A stretch of DNA of 50,814 nt from an uncultured Coriobacteriales bacterium (GTDB lineage Bacteria; Actinomycetota; Coriobacteriia; WRKU01; JAENWW01). Shown piece after piece: positions 9,027 to 18,590 of this stretch (position 1 is its first letter; each line of letters opens with the position of its first letter). Made by a program: the position numbers and the translations under genes. The stretch lies in NCBI GenBank assembly GCA_937858655.1, contig CALLZE010000194.1, positions 1 through 50,814 on the forward strand. Direction: 5' to 3'. The notes under the pieces are model-generated. The model was not told the origin of the DNA, ran no database searches, and was given only the letters and a program-made list of their open reading frames with translations.

Positions 9027-10595
9027 ATGTCGATGGCGACGCTCCTTTCTCGCGTTACCGGCTTCGCCCGAATGTGGGCGACGGCGCTAGCCCTCGGCGC
9101 AACCGCAATTTCTTCAAGTTACAACATCGCCAACAACGTCCCCAATATGATATTTGAACTGATTGCGGGCGGAATTTTATCATCGCTCTTTATTCCTACC
9201 TTTATGGATGTCAAAAAGGAACGGGGCGAAGCACAATCGTGGCGCTTCGCAAGCCATGTGTTTAATATCTTTGTTCTTGCCTTGGGACTTGTCGCCCTTG
9301 TGGGCACTATTTTCCCCGAGCCCTTTATCTGGACGCAAACATTTCGCATGACCAGCCAAGAGGCGCTTTCTGTTCGTGCCACTGCGGGATTTTTGTTTAG
9401 ATTTTTCGCTATTCAAGTTGTTTTATATGGTGGCGGTATGGTTGTTCAAGCTGTGCTCAATGCGCAACGCCGTTATCTCTGGACAGCGCTGGGACCAGTT
9501 TTCAACAACCTCGTTGTCATTGCGACAATGGTTTATGTGGCCACGCAACCCCTCACCAACAAAACATTAATTATTCTTGCTTGTGGCACGACATTTGGTG
9601 TCGCCGCTATGTTCTTAGTTATGCTCCCTAGCCTTAAGAAAACAAACGTAAAATACTACTTCGAATTAGGGCTCAACGACCCCGCGGTTCGTCGCATGCT
9701 CAAACTGGCGATACCAGGACTGCTCTATGTCATCACCAACCTTGTCACCGTATCTTTTCGCAATGCCTCGGCGCTCAGCGTCAAGGCATCAGGTCCTTCG
9801 GTGCTTACCTACGCATGGACTTGGTATCAACTCCCCTACGGCATTCTCGCGGTCGCGCTTGCCACTGCGCTCTTCACAGAACTTTCCGAGTGCGCCACCA
9901 ATAAAGACATCAGCGCATTCAAGCAAACTCTCTCGAGTGGTCTGCGCCAGACGGCACTCTTGATTATGCCCTGCGCCGCGCTCCTCTATGCGCTTGCCAC
10001 ACCGCTTACCACACTGTATATGGGGGGAAGATTCACTTCACAAGACATCCCAGCCGTTGCGGGCGTTTTGCGGACTTGGGCTCTTGCGCTCACGTTTTAT
10101 GCTTGCATGATGTTCGTGCTGAGGTCGTTTTACTCGCTTAAGGACACGCGCACGCCCGCCTACGCAAACCTTGCGACGAGCCTCGTTCAAATCGCGGGCT
10201 ACACTTTTCTTACCACGGGATTTGGATCATGGAAGGGTTTTGGACTTAAAGGTATTCCCTTATCGGATTTGATTTTTTGCTTCCTTCAATTTTCAATTCT
10301 GACGTTATTGCTCAGGAGAAAGATCGGCTCGTTCGACCTCAAATCATTTATCTCTGTCGTTGCGCGCATGCTCATTGCGTCAGTTGCTGGCGCCGCAGTA
10401 TCCGCGGGAATACTCCATGTGCTCGACCCCTTTTTCACAGGCGTAAGCGGCGCGCTCATCAAAATCATTATCTGTGCTGTTGCGGGACTCTGCGTATCAT
10501 TTGGACTCGCAGCGCTTATGCGAGTAAAAGAAGTCGCCACAGCGCGCGCAATGCTCACTAAAGTAGTTAAAAAATTCTCACGAAAGAAAGCCTAA
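9027..10595 (+). CDS. murJ: Lipid II flippase MurJ (MOP superfamily); true start probably upstream of the first ATG
   Basis: MSMATLLSRVTGFAR...NNVPNMIFELIAGGILSSLFIPTF is the canonical MurJ N-terminal region, and the protein has about 14 TM segments. The frame is open back to 8862. The upstream in-frame residues ...ARSTAI extend the similarity to E. coli MurJ (KSLAAVSSMTMFSRVLGFAR). See the finding at 8862-9029. Confidence 0.9.
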   Translation: MSMATLLSRVTGFARMWATALALGATAISSSYNIANNVPNMIFELIAGGILSSLFIPTFMDVKKERGEAQSWRFASHVFNIFVLALGLVALVGTIFPEPFIWTQTFRMTSQEALSVRATAGFLFRFFAIQVVLYGGGMVVQAVLNAQRRYLWTALGPVFNNLVVIATMVYVATQPLTNKTLIILACGTTFGVAAMFLVMLPSLKKTNVKYYFELGLNDPAVRRMLKLAIPGLLYVITNLVTVSFRNASALSVKASGPSVLTYAWTWYQLPYGILAVALATALFTELSECATNKDISAFKQTLSSGLRQTALLIMPCAALLYALATPLTTLYMGGRFTSQDIPAVAGVLRTWALALTFYACMMFVLRSFYSLKDTRTPAYANLATSLVQIAGYTFLTTGFGSWKGFGLKGIPLSDLIFCFLQFSILTLLLRRKIGSFDLKSFISVVARMLIASVAGAAVSAGILHVLDPFFTGVSGALIKIIICAVAGLCVSFGLAALMRVKEVATARAMLTKVVKKFSRKKA

Positions 10596-10596
10596 C

Positions 10597-11289
10597 ATGA
10601 CACTAGATTCCAAGCCGCGCGTTGTTGCTCTCGTACCAGCCCATAACGAAGAAGAGCGCATCGCTCAAACCGTTTCAGCCATTCTTTCTCTCGAAGATGT
10701 TAACGAGTGTATTGTCATTGATGACGCTAGCAGCGATGAGACCGCGCAAAAGGCGGCAGACTGCCGCGCGCGCGTCGTGCGTCTGCAGCGCAATGTTGGC
10801 AAAGGTGCAGCGCTTAATGCGGGGGCAAAATATTGCGAAGATGCCGATATCGTTTTGCTGCTTGACGGAGATTTGGGATCGAGCGCGAGTCAAGCCGATC
10901 TCTTATTGAAGCCACTTCTTGAGGGCACAGCCGATATGACGATTGCCCGCTTTCCACGACCAACAGGCAAAGCTGGCTTTGGACTTGTTAAAAATATGGC
11001 ACGTAAAGAGATTGCCAAAATGGGCAACGGCTTTGATGCTCAAGCGCCGCTCTCTGGCCAACGCGCGCTGACCCGTGCTTGTCTCGATGCGGTGTTGCCC
11101 TTCGCTTCAGGCTATGGCGTAGAAGTTGGCCTCACCATTCGCGCGCTTCGTCAGAATTTCCGCTTACTTGAAGTTGAAACGACCATGACGCACGCAGCGA
11201 CAGGCCGCGATTTGAGCGGTTTCATTCACCGCGGCAAACAGTTCGTCCATGTATGGAGCGCCCTTATGAAACTAAAGCATAAAGGCTAA
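10597..11289 (+). CDS. Family 2 glycosyltransferase
   Basis: VVALVPAHNEEERIAQTVSAI...IVIDDASSDET...GKGAALNAG...LLLDGDL is the GT-A/GT2 fold with DxD. The ATG lies 1 nt after the murJ stop, so the two are probably co-translated. Confidence 0.85.
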   Translation: MTLDSKPRVVALVPAHNEEERIAQTVSAILSLEDVNECIVIDDASSDETAQKAADCRARVVRLQRNVGKGAALNAGAKYCEDADIVLLLDGDLGSSASQADLLLKPLLEGTADMTIARFPRPTGKAGFGLVKNMARKEIAKMGNGFDAQAPLSGQRALTRACLDAVLPFASGYGVEVGLTIRALRQNFRLLEVETTMTHAATGRDLSGFIHRGKQFVHVWSALMKLKHKG

Positions 11290-11302
11290 GTCTCAATTTA
11301 GA

Positions 11303-12145
11303 TTATTTAAATGGAGGATAGACGGCTTTTGCGCCTTCCATCGTTCCGTACAATCCCTCATCAGCACCACTCATAACAGCGGCAATAGTGTACGTTCCGA
11401 TAGAAGTAGACAACATATTCGTTGAACTGAGTTCGTTCTTCCATCCTCGCTCAGCAAGAATGTTGTTGCCCTGAAATATGCTCGCGCAGAGTACGGGCTT
11501 GTTTGCCGCCTTGAAGGCTTCCGTAAGTGCGAGACCCCAGGTATCGACCCTATCGCCATCTATGGCGGTATTCACAACCCCATCAACGCCTTTAAATTTG
11601 TTGTAGTCATTCATCTTTAACACGCCGTCTTTGATAAGCGCATCAGTAAGCGGACGTGTCTTGGCTTTCGAATCCCACTCAAGAGCAAGCGTCTGAGCGA
11701 CCACATCTTTATCATCAGTTGCATTCATTGATGTCTTAAGCTGCGTAATGAGTTGGGTACTCGCAGCATCCGCATTTTTCATATCAAGTTTGTCAAAATT
11801 GAGGTCGACGAGCTCTGCTTTACCTCCCGTTGCGACAATATCATCATGTGCAAGTTCGGTCGCCTTATTGTTAAGCCCCAGAACGGCAATAGTCTTGCCT
11901 TCAAGCATCGTGCCCATATAGCGCTTTGTGACTGCCGCCGAATAATTGCCGTAAGCGTCCATGCCCGTCTGAAGGTTATCGTTATCGGCCCTCAAGGTCT
12001 CAAATTCCTGTTTCAACCCCGTTACAAGCGATGACTGTGAAGTAGCAGGAGTCTTGTCAACAATGAGGCCGCCTAGCACAAGGCCTAAGGCCAAGGCCAA
12101 AAAAACCGAGACAAGCGATGCGATATGATAGCGAACGTTATACAT
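11303..12145 (-). CDS. SteB / MctB-family ('copper transporter', DUF3186-like) membrane-anchored protein
   Basis: The N-terminus MYNVRYHIASLVSVFLALALGLVLGG matches the family's typical M(I)xFRYHxxSLxAVFLALAxGxxLG. It lies directly downstream of steA, as in Mycobacterium/Corynebacterium (Rv1697-Rv1698, from memory). Confidence 0.7.
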   Translation of the reverse strand: MYNVRYHIASLVSVFLALALGLVLGGLIVDKTPATSQSSLVTGLKQEFETLRADNDNLQTGMDAYGNYSAAVTKRYMGTMLEGKTIAVLGLNNKATELAHDDIVATGGKAELVDLNFDKLDMKNADAASTQLITQLKTSMNATDDKDVVAQTLALEWDSKAKTRPLTDALIKDGVLKMNDYNKFKGVDGVVNTAIDGDRVDTWGLALTEAFKAANKPVLCASIFQGNNILAERGWKNELSSTNMLSTSIGTYTIAAVMSGADEGLYGTMEGAKAVYPPFK

Positions 12146-12160
12146 GAAAACTCCTTGAGC

Positions 12161-13288
12161 CTATAAGCCAAACATCAAACGAATACGAATAATGAGCAGC
12201 GAGATATTGTTTCTTAAAACTGGGGAAAGCGAAATGACCGCCGCCGCAACAACAAGCGCGGCAACAAGGATAAAAAAGAGATGATTTGCTGAAACGGTTG
12301 AACGATACAGCTTATTTACACCCTTTGCGTCAACAAGTTTCGGGCCCACTTTGAGGCGCACCAAGAATGACGATGCCATCCCCTTTCGGCCTTTATCAAG
12401 GTACTCGACCAAATTAGTGTGTGTGCCAAGAGCAATAATGAGGTCAGCTCCACATTCCCATGCGAGAAGCAAAGCGAGGTCTTCGCTCGTTGCCGCGAGT
12501 GGCCAAACAAGTGCCTGGTCGCCTACTCCGAGCTGATTAAGCCGCTCAAGACCTGGTGCTTTACCATCCTTGTACGCGTGAACAATAAGTTCAGCACCAC
12601 TTGTTAAAGCGCTGTCGGTAACGGAATCCATATCCCCTACGATAATATCGGGAGAAAAACCAGCGTCAATAAGGGCATCTGCGCCGCCATCAACACCGAT
12701 GAGCACCGGTTTCATTTCGCGGATATACGAGCGCAGCGTTTCAATGTCTTCTTTAAAATCATAGCCACGCACTACTACAAGAACATGGCGCCCATAAATC
12801 GTCGTCTTGACTTCAGGGACCCACATCTCATTAGTGAGAATGTCTTTTTCGTTTTCGAGGTACTCAATAGTATTGCGTGCGAACTTATCAAGCTGTACGC
12901 CAATATTATCTTTTGCGACTTCCATGGCGCTTTCAATTGAGGCAACGGAAAGCCGCGTACCTTTGCCGACAAGCACCCCGTCTTTTAAAATGTTTTCGCC
13001 CTCAACAACTATGTCATCGCCTTCGCGCAATGCACCAAAGATACCTTCGCCCGTATTATCAATAATGGTAATGCCGCCACGGGCAAGAATGAGCGGCCCA
13101 ATGTTGGGGTATGCTCCAGAAATTGACTGAGCCGCATTAATGACGACTTCGACCCCACTCGCAAGTAGTGTCTCGGCGCTCACGCGGTCCATATCAACAT
13201 GGTCAATAATCGCAATATCATTAGGGCCTAGTCTTTTGACCAGGTCTTTGGTCCGCTTATCTAGTTTCGCGGTACCTTCGTGACGCAT
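12161..13288 (-). CDS. steA: Putative cytokinetic ring protein SteA
   Basis: GTAKLDKRTKDLVKRLGPNDIAIIDHVDMDRVSAETLLASGVEVVINA... is followed by a thiamine-pyrophosphokinase-like middle part (GVDGGADALIDAGFSPDIIVGDMDS) and a C-terminal TM helix. It sits in the conserved actinobacterial position after recN. Confidence 0.75.
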   Translation of the reverse strand: MRHEGTAKLDKRTKDLVKRLGPNDIAIIDHVDMDRVSAETLLASGVEVVINAAQSISGAYPNIGPLILARGGITIIDNTGEGIFGALREGDDIVVEGENILKDGVLVGKGTRLSVASIESAMEVAKDNIGVQLDKFARNTIEYLENEKDILTNEMWVPEVKTTIYGRHVLVVVRGYDFKEDIETLRSYIREMKPVLIGVDGGADALIDAGFSPDIIVGDMDSVTDSALTSGAELIVHAYKDGKAPGLERLNQLGVGDQALVWPLAATSEDLALLLAWECGADLIIALGTHTNLVEYLDKGRKGMASSFLVRLKVGPKLVDAKGVNKLYRSTVSANHLFFILVAALVVAAAVISLSPVLRNNISLLIIRIRLMFGL

Positions 13289-13348
13289 AAGATGCCTCTC
13301 TCATATATTCAGTGCAACTGTTTAATTTTAGCACGTCAAAGAGCGTCT

Positions 13349-14974
13349 TCAGGAGATGGCTGCGGATTCCAACAATTCGCGCGCGTGCGCACACGCCAAA
13401 TCGCTTACCTCGCCTGAAAGGAGACGAGCAATTTCCTTGATGCGCGTTTCGCCCCTTACCTCAGACACGGTCGTGACGGCCCGCGATGACTCTTCGCACT
13501 TTTCGACGACATAGTGTTTATCAGCATAGACCGCGACTTGGGCCAAATGAGTAATAACCAAAACTTGATGGTTGCGAGATAATTCTTTAAGACGACGCGC
13601 CACGCTTTGCGCCGTTGATCCACCAATACCTGCATCAATCTCATCAAAAACAAGAATCGATACTGCATCGCTTTTACCCAAGATTGTCTTGAGCGCAAGC
13701 ATGACGCGTGAAATTTCGCCACCAGAAGCAATCTTAGCCAAGGGCCTACAGGGCGCACTGGCAACAGGACTGTAGAGAAACTCGATTTTTTCGCTCCCCT
13801 CAAGCGTCCATTGCTCAAAGGGTAATTCATAAAATTCAACCTCAATGCGCGCATTCTCTAAAGCCAAATCGCGCAGTGAATCTCTCAGCTCGTCACAAAA
13901 ACGCCGCGCGGCCTGCGCACGCTTCACATGCAATTTCGCCGCTGCAGCCTCAAAATCTTGTCGAGCATTTTGGCAGTTTTTGCGCAGCTGATTCAAATAA
14001 AGTTCTGAATTATCCACAGCATCGATAAGCTCAGAGAGTTGTTCCTTCTTTTTTAATACTTCATCAAGAGAAGGCCCAAAACGTTTGCTCAATGATTCTA
14101 GTTCTTTAAGACGGTTCTGCATTTCGTCAAGCCGGCGCGGATCATGATCAACCGTTTGGGCATAGTCACGCATTGACGCCCCGATTTCTTGTGCCTCAAT
14201 AAGCAGTGAAGAAAGCTGTTGATGCGTGGCCTCAAAGCTAGCGTCATAGGTGAGCACGCGCTCCAAAGATGTAAGCGCGCGTGACAGCTGATCGCCCACG
14301 GCGCCCTCGCCCGTCATGAGTGCCCAAACCTCATCACTCGCCTGCGCGATTTCTTCACTATGAGCAAGCGCTGGAAGAGCACTGCGTAACTGTTCGTCTT
14401 CATCCGGCAAAGGATTGACACGCTCTATTTCCTGCAGGATTAACCGATTTGCCTCGAGAGCCCGCGAATCTTGAGCCGCCTGCTCCTGCAACTCCGTCAA
14501 AGCGCGGGATGCTTGCTCAAAGATATGTCGTGCCTCTTTATAGGCCGAAAGTTCCCCAGCAATGTCTTCGCCCGCATATGCGTCAAGAATTCCACGATGA
14601 AAGGCAGGTTTAAGCAATGTTTGATGATCATGTTGACCATGCAAATCAACGCGCAGGGCAAGCACGTCAGAAAGTGATTTAACGGGGACCATTTCGCCGT
14701 TGAGCATACACTTATTTCTACCTGCATTCGTAAGGGTACGCGACGCAATATACTCATCGTCGTTAAAATAAAAACGCCCCTCAACTTTCATTTCTTCCGC
14801 ATCAGGAGAAATTGTCTGTACATCTCCGCGCTGACCCAATAAAAGTTTAATGGCTGACATGAGTACGGTTTTTCCCGCGCCCGTTTCACCTGTGAGCACA
14901 TTAAGTCCCGGCGAGAACTCAAGCCATGCGTCTTCCACTAGAGCAAGATTTTGAATATGGAGTTCTTCGAGCAT
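13349..14974 (-). CDS. recN: DNA repair protein RecN
   Basis: MLEELHIQNLALVEDAWLEFSPGLNVLTGETGAGKT (Walker A), a long coiled-coil middle, then SGGEISRVMLALK (signature) and LVFDEIDAGIGG (Walker B). Confidence 0.97.
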   Translation of the reverse strand: MLEELHIQNLALVEDAWLEFSPGLNVLTGETGAGKTVLMSAIKLLLGQRGDVQTISPDAEEMKVEGRFYFNDDEYIASRTLTNAGRNKCMLNGEMVPVKSLSDVLALRVDLHGQHDHQTLLKPAFHRGILDAYAGEDIAGELSAYKEARHIFEQASRALTELQEQAAQDSRALEANRLILQEIERVNPLPDEDEQLRSALPALAHSEEIAQASDEVWALMTGEGAVGDQLSRALTSLERVLTYDASFEATHQQLSSLLIEAQEIGASMRDYAQTVDHDPRRLDEMQNRLKELESLSKRFGPSLDEVLKKKEQLSELIDAVDNSELYLNQLRKNCQNARQDFEAAAAKLHVKRAQAARRFCDELRDSLRDLALENARIEVEFYELPFEQWTLEGSEKIEFLYSPVASAPCRPLAKIASGGEISRVMLALKTILGKSDAVSILVFDEIDAGIGGSTAQSVARRLKELSRNHQVLVITHLAQVAVYADKHYVVEKCEESSRAVTTVSEVRGETRIKEIARLLSGEVSDLACAHARELLESAAIS

Positions 14975-14980
14975 CCAGCA

Positions 14981-15838
14981 CTACCCCTCTTGCTGTCCGC
15001 GGAAAAATTCTGAAGCGACCGTATCATAAAACAACCGGCTATCAAGTTTAATGAGCGATATGGTCTCTTGGGCAACCCGAAACACGGCGCGCGATGGTTT
15101 GTGCACCTGAACAGTCGAAAGACCATCGAACGAAAACTCTACTAGAGCGCGTTGTTCATCAGGGAAATCAAGCGTAATTATTTCTTGGGAACCAGTCACG
15201 ACCGCGCGCTGGATGAGCGTATGCGAAGCGAGCGGCACGACAACGAGGCCATCAAATTCTGGCGACATAATGGGCCCACCTGCTGATAGAGCGTAAGCCG
15301 TAGAACCCGTTGAGGACGAAATGATGAGACCGTCACCACTCGTCGTATAGAGTTGGTGACCATTAATTTTTAATCGTGTTGTTATGAGCGGCGCGCCAGC
15401 AGGGCGTCCAGCGACAATTTCATTTAAAGCATGCTCAAGAACAACAAGTTTTTCATCTTTATAAATAGACACTTCAACAAGATTGCGCTTCTCGATACAA
15501 GCGCGCCCTTCAAGCGCCGCGTCAATAGCTTCGCGCGCTTCTTCGAGCGTAGCGCCTGTCAAAAAGCCGAGTTTTCCCAGCTTAATACCTAAAAAGGGAG
15601 CAGCTTTTGAGCGAAAACTGCGCACAGCGCGCAAAATCGTACCATCGCCACCGAGCGTCACAATAAGGTCGGGACGCTCGTTGATGTCCATGGCGGGCAG
15701 CCCTGACACCGTTGAGCTCTCGTTGTCCGTAACAAAAACATTGCAGCCTTTATGTGTACAGCGAGATGCAAGATCAAAGGCGGCTTCGCCTAATTGTTCA
15801 TTATTGTCTTTCAAAACAAAAAGAATACTTTTGGTCAT
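14981..15838 (-). CDS. nadK: NAD kinase
   Basis: LIVTLGGDGTILRA (GGDGT motif) and STGSTAYALSAGGPI. I prefer the ATG at 15838, which is preceded by GAGGTG. The track ORF begins at an in-frame GTG at 15847. Confidence 0.93.
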   Translation of the reverse strand: MTKSILFVLKDNNEQLGEAAFDLASRCTHKGCNVFVTDNESSTVSGLPAMDINERPDLIVTLGGDGTILRAVRSFRSKAAPFLGIKLGKLGFLTGATLEEAREAIDAALEGRACIEKRNLVEVSIYKDEKLVVLEHALNEIVAGRPAGAPLITTRLKINGHQLYTTSGDGLIISSSTGSTAYALSAGGPIMSPEFDGLVVVPLASHTLIQRAVVTGSQEIITLDFPDEQRALVEFSFDGLSTVQVHKPSRAVFRVAQETISLIKLDSRLFYDTVASEFFRGQQEG

Positions 15839-15868
15839 TTCTCTCACCTCACTCTTTCTATTCTCATT

Positions 15869-16690
15869 TTAGCCCAATACCTCGTACGCCTGAGCAACAA
15901 CTCGTGCTGCGCACTCTTCATACTGATGAGGAAAAATTGAGGTTTCGGCCTGTTGCCTGCTTGCGTAAATCCAAAACTCAATATTTCCTTCAGGTCCCTT
16001 AATGGGCGAAAAAGTTACATCACAAACAGTCAGACCGTAACGCGCGAAATCCTTGAGAACATCAGCTAGGATACGACTATGCGTTGACTGACCGCTTACC
16101 ACACCTTTATGCCCAATCTCACTTTGTGCGGCTTCAAACTGTGGCTTCACCAAAATAATCAAATCACCGCGTTGATTGACTAACTCAATAAGAGCCGGCA
16201 ACACGCGATCAAGGGGAATAAACGAGAGATCAGCCACGGCAACGTCAAACGGCCCCCCAACGGCACCTGCGTCTGCTTCGCGGATATTCATGCGTTCGTA
16301 CACACTCACCCGTTGGTCGTTGCGCAACTTCCACGCAAGTTGACCATACCCCACGTCGATAGCGCTCACATGTGCCGCGCCCTCTTGCAGCGCGCAGTCA
16401 GTAAAGCCGCCCGTCGAAGCGCCCGCATCCACTACGTTCTTACTGCTCAAATCATAGTGAAAAGCGCTTAAGGCTCCCTTAAGCTTTTCTCCTCCACGAC
16501 TTACATATTGCTTAATAGTTTTTACGTCAAACGTTGTCGCATCGCTCAACTGTTCGCCTGGTTTTAAAACCTTGCGATGAGCGGCATCATTAATAAAAAC
16601 TTCTCCCGCCAAAATGGCGCGAGCAGCTTCTTCTTGTGTTGAAAAGTATTCCTGTTGGGTGAGGAGTTCATCGACGCGTTGTCGTGTCAT
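15869..16690 (-). CDS. tlyA: TlyA-family rRNA (cytidine-2'-O)-methyltransferase
   Basis: An S4-like N-terminus (RVDELLTQQEYFSTQEEAARAILAGEV) followed by the FtsJ-like SAM domain (VVDAGASTGGFTDCALQEGAAHV). I prefer the ATG at 16690, 9 nt after GAGGAG. The track ORF starts at a GTG at 16699. Confidence 0.9.
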   Translation of the reverse strand: MTRQRVDELLTQQEYFSTQEEAARAILAGEVFINDAAHRKVLKPGEQLSDATTFDVKTIKQYVSRGGEKLKGALSAFHYDLSSKNVVDAGASTGGFTDCALQEGAAHVSAIDVGYGQLAWKLRNDQRVSVYERMNIREADAGAVGGPFDVAVADLSFIPLDRVLPALIELVNQRGDLIILVKPQFEAAQSEIGHKGVVSGQSTHSRILADVLKDFARYGLTVCDVTFSPIKGPEGNIEFWIYASRQQAETSIFPHQYEECAARVVAQAYEVLG

Positions 16691-16695
16691 TATTA

Positions 16696-18585
16696 TCACT
16701 CCTCAACAAAAGCGAAGCGCTCCTCGACCGAGAGGGCGATACCCGCTCCATCAAGGCCATATTGCGCAAGTAATTCATCCATTGTTCCCTGAGTAGTAAA
16801 CTCATCGGGAGTGCCTAAAACACACGTCGGCGTTTGGACATTATGAGCAGATAGCACCTCGAGAACACCTGCCCCAAAACCACCCCGCACCGTATTTTCT
16901 TCAACGGTCACCAAGAGCTTATGTGAACGAGCAGCCGCAATAATGGTTTCTTCATCAAGCGGCTTTACCCAGCGCATATCAATAACGCTTGCCTCGATTC
17001 CTTTGGCACGCAAGAGCTCAGCAGCTTGCAGGGATGTGTTGGCCATGCGGCCTACCGCGAGGAGGGCTACATCTGAGCCTTCGCGCAAAGTGACGCCCCT
17101 ACCCACTTCCCAACTACGTGGATGCTCGGGCATTTCAACGCCCTCTGAAGCCCCGCGTGGATAGCGCAAAGCAACGGGCCCATCGAGTTCCAGGGCAGTA
17201 TGAAGCGCATCGACCAACTCGGCCTCATTGCGTGGTGCCATAATGCGCATGGTTGGCACGGTGCGCAGATACGAAAGATCATAAAGACCATGGTGCGTTG
17301 GGCCATCTTCGCCAACAAATCCTCCGCGATCAAGAGCAAAAACAACATGTGCCCCCTGCAGGGCAACGTCGCCCATTACCTGATCATAAGCGCGTTGGAG
17401 GAAGGTGGAATAAATTGCCACAACTGGCATTTCTCCACCAAAAGCTAGTCCAGCGGCGAAAGCTACTGCATGCTCTTCGGCAATTCCAACATCATGAAAG
17501 CGCTCGGGAAAATGGTGCGCGAATTTATCGAGTCCCGTTCCGGGGGCCATCGCCGCAGTGATTGCGTGAATACGTGGATTGCGCTGTGCTTCAGCTATGA
17601 GTGCGTTAGCAAACACTGAGGTATAAGACGCGGGTTTACTTGAAGGAGCAACCTTGCCCGTCGTTGGATCGAAGGGAGAAATTCCATGAAAAGCCATGGG
17701 TTGTTCTTCTGCCGGCGTGTAACCCTTTCCCTTTTCGGTCACCGCATGAATGAGAACTGGGCCATCCGCGCCCTTAGCGCTCTGAATAGCCGCCTGAACC
17801 TGAGCAATATCATGTCCGTCGATAGGACCCACATAGCGCAGCCCCATCTCCTCAAAGAGCATGCCAGGAACCATCAACTGTTTAAACGAATCCTTAAGCG
17901 TCTTACCTGCATTTGAAAGCGTTTGTCCCACCATGCCAGATTGCTCAAGACGCGTTTGCAGCGACTCACGCAACCCCCAGTACCGTTTATTGAGACGGAT
18001 GCGGCCCAGATAACTGGCCAACGCTCCCACATTGCGAGAAATCGACATTTCATTGTCGTTGAGAATGACAATGACGCGTGATTGCGTGTGGCCCAAATGA
18101 TTGAGGGCTTCCCATGCCATACCGCCCGTTAAAGAGCCATCGCCAATCACAGCGACAACCTCATAATCCTCGCCCTTTGCGTCACGAGCAGCGGCAACAC
18201 CAGTAGCGATGGAAATTGAATCACTCGCGTGACCTGAGCCGAACAAATCGTATTCAGATTCGCTGCGCTTAGGAAAGCCGGAAATGCCTCCGTGCGTGCG
18301 GAGCGATGAAAACGACGAGCAACGCCCAGTGATAAGTTTTTGAATATATGACTGATGACCAACATCGAAGGCAACTTGGTCTCGAGGGCAATCGAGGCTG
18401 CGATAGATGCCAAGAGTGAGCTCAACGACACCTAAGTTCGGAGCCAAATGCCCGCCCGTTTGCGAAACTGAGTCAACAAGCTCACGACGAATTTCAGCAG
18501 CAAGTACTTCGAGCTGCTGATTATCAAGAGCCTTGAGGTCGCCTGGACAATGTATGGTATCAAGAATGCGGACTGCCATAGGCAT
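16696..18585 (-). CDS. dxs: 1-deoxy-D-xylulose-5-phosphate synthase
   Basis: GGHLAPNLGVVELT and the ThDP motif GDGSLTGGMAWEALN...NDN, followed by transketolase Pyr and C-terminal domains. Length is 629 aa. Confidence 0.97.
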   Translation of the reverse strand: MPMAVRILDTIHCPGDLKALDNQQLEVLAAEIRRELVDSVSQTGGHLAPNLGVVELTLGIYRSLDCPRDQVAFDVGHQSYIQKLITGRCSSFSSLRTHGGISGFPKRSESEYDLFGSGHASDSISIATGVAAARDAKGEDYEVVAVIGDGSLTGGMAWEALNHLGHTQSRVIVILNDNEMSISRNVGALASYLGRIRLNKRYWGLRESLQTRLEQSGMVGQTLSNAGKTLKDSFKQLMVPGMLFEEMGLRYVGPIDGHDIAQVQAAIQSAKGADGPVLIHAVTEKGKGYTPAEEQPMAFHGISPFDPTTGKVAPSSKPASYTSVFANALIAEAQRNPRIHAITAAMAPGTGLDKFAHHFPERFHDVGIAEEHAVAFAAGLAFGGEMPVVAIYSTFLQRAYDQVMGDVALQGAHVVFALDRGGFVGEDGPTHHGLYDLSYLRTVPTMRIMAPRNEAELVDALHTALELDGPVALRYPRGASEGVEMPEHPRSWEVGRGVTLREGSDVALLAVGRMANTSLQAAELLRAKGIEASVIDMRWVKPLDEETIIAAARSHKLLVTVEENTVRGGFGAGVLEVLSAHNVQTPTCVLGTPDEFTTQGTMDELLAQYGLDGAGIALSVEERFAFVEE

Positions 18586-18590
18586 GCCTT

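Noticed and set aside
11303-12145. 'Copper transporter' family protein as part of a metal-resistance island
   Set aside because: It is the conserved partner of steA (SteB/MctB family) in the recN-steA-steB core block. No other metal-handling genes are nearby.
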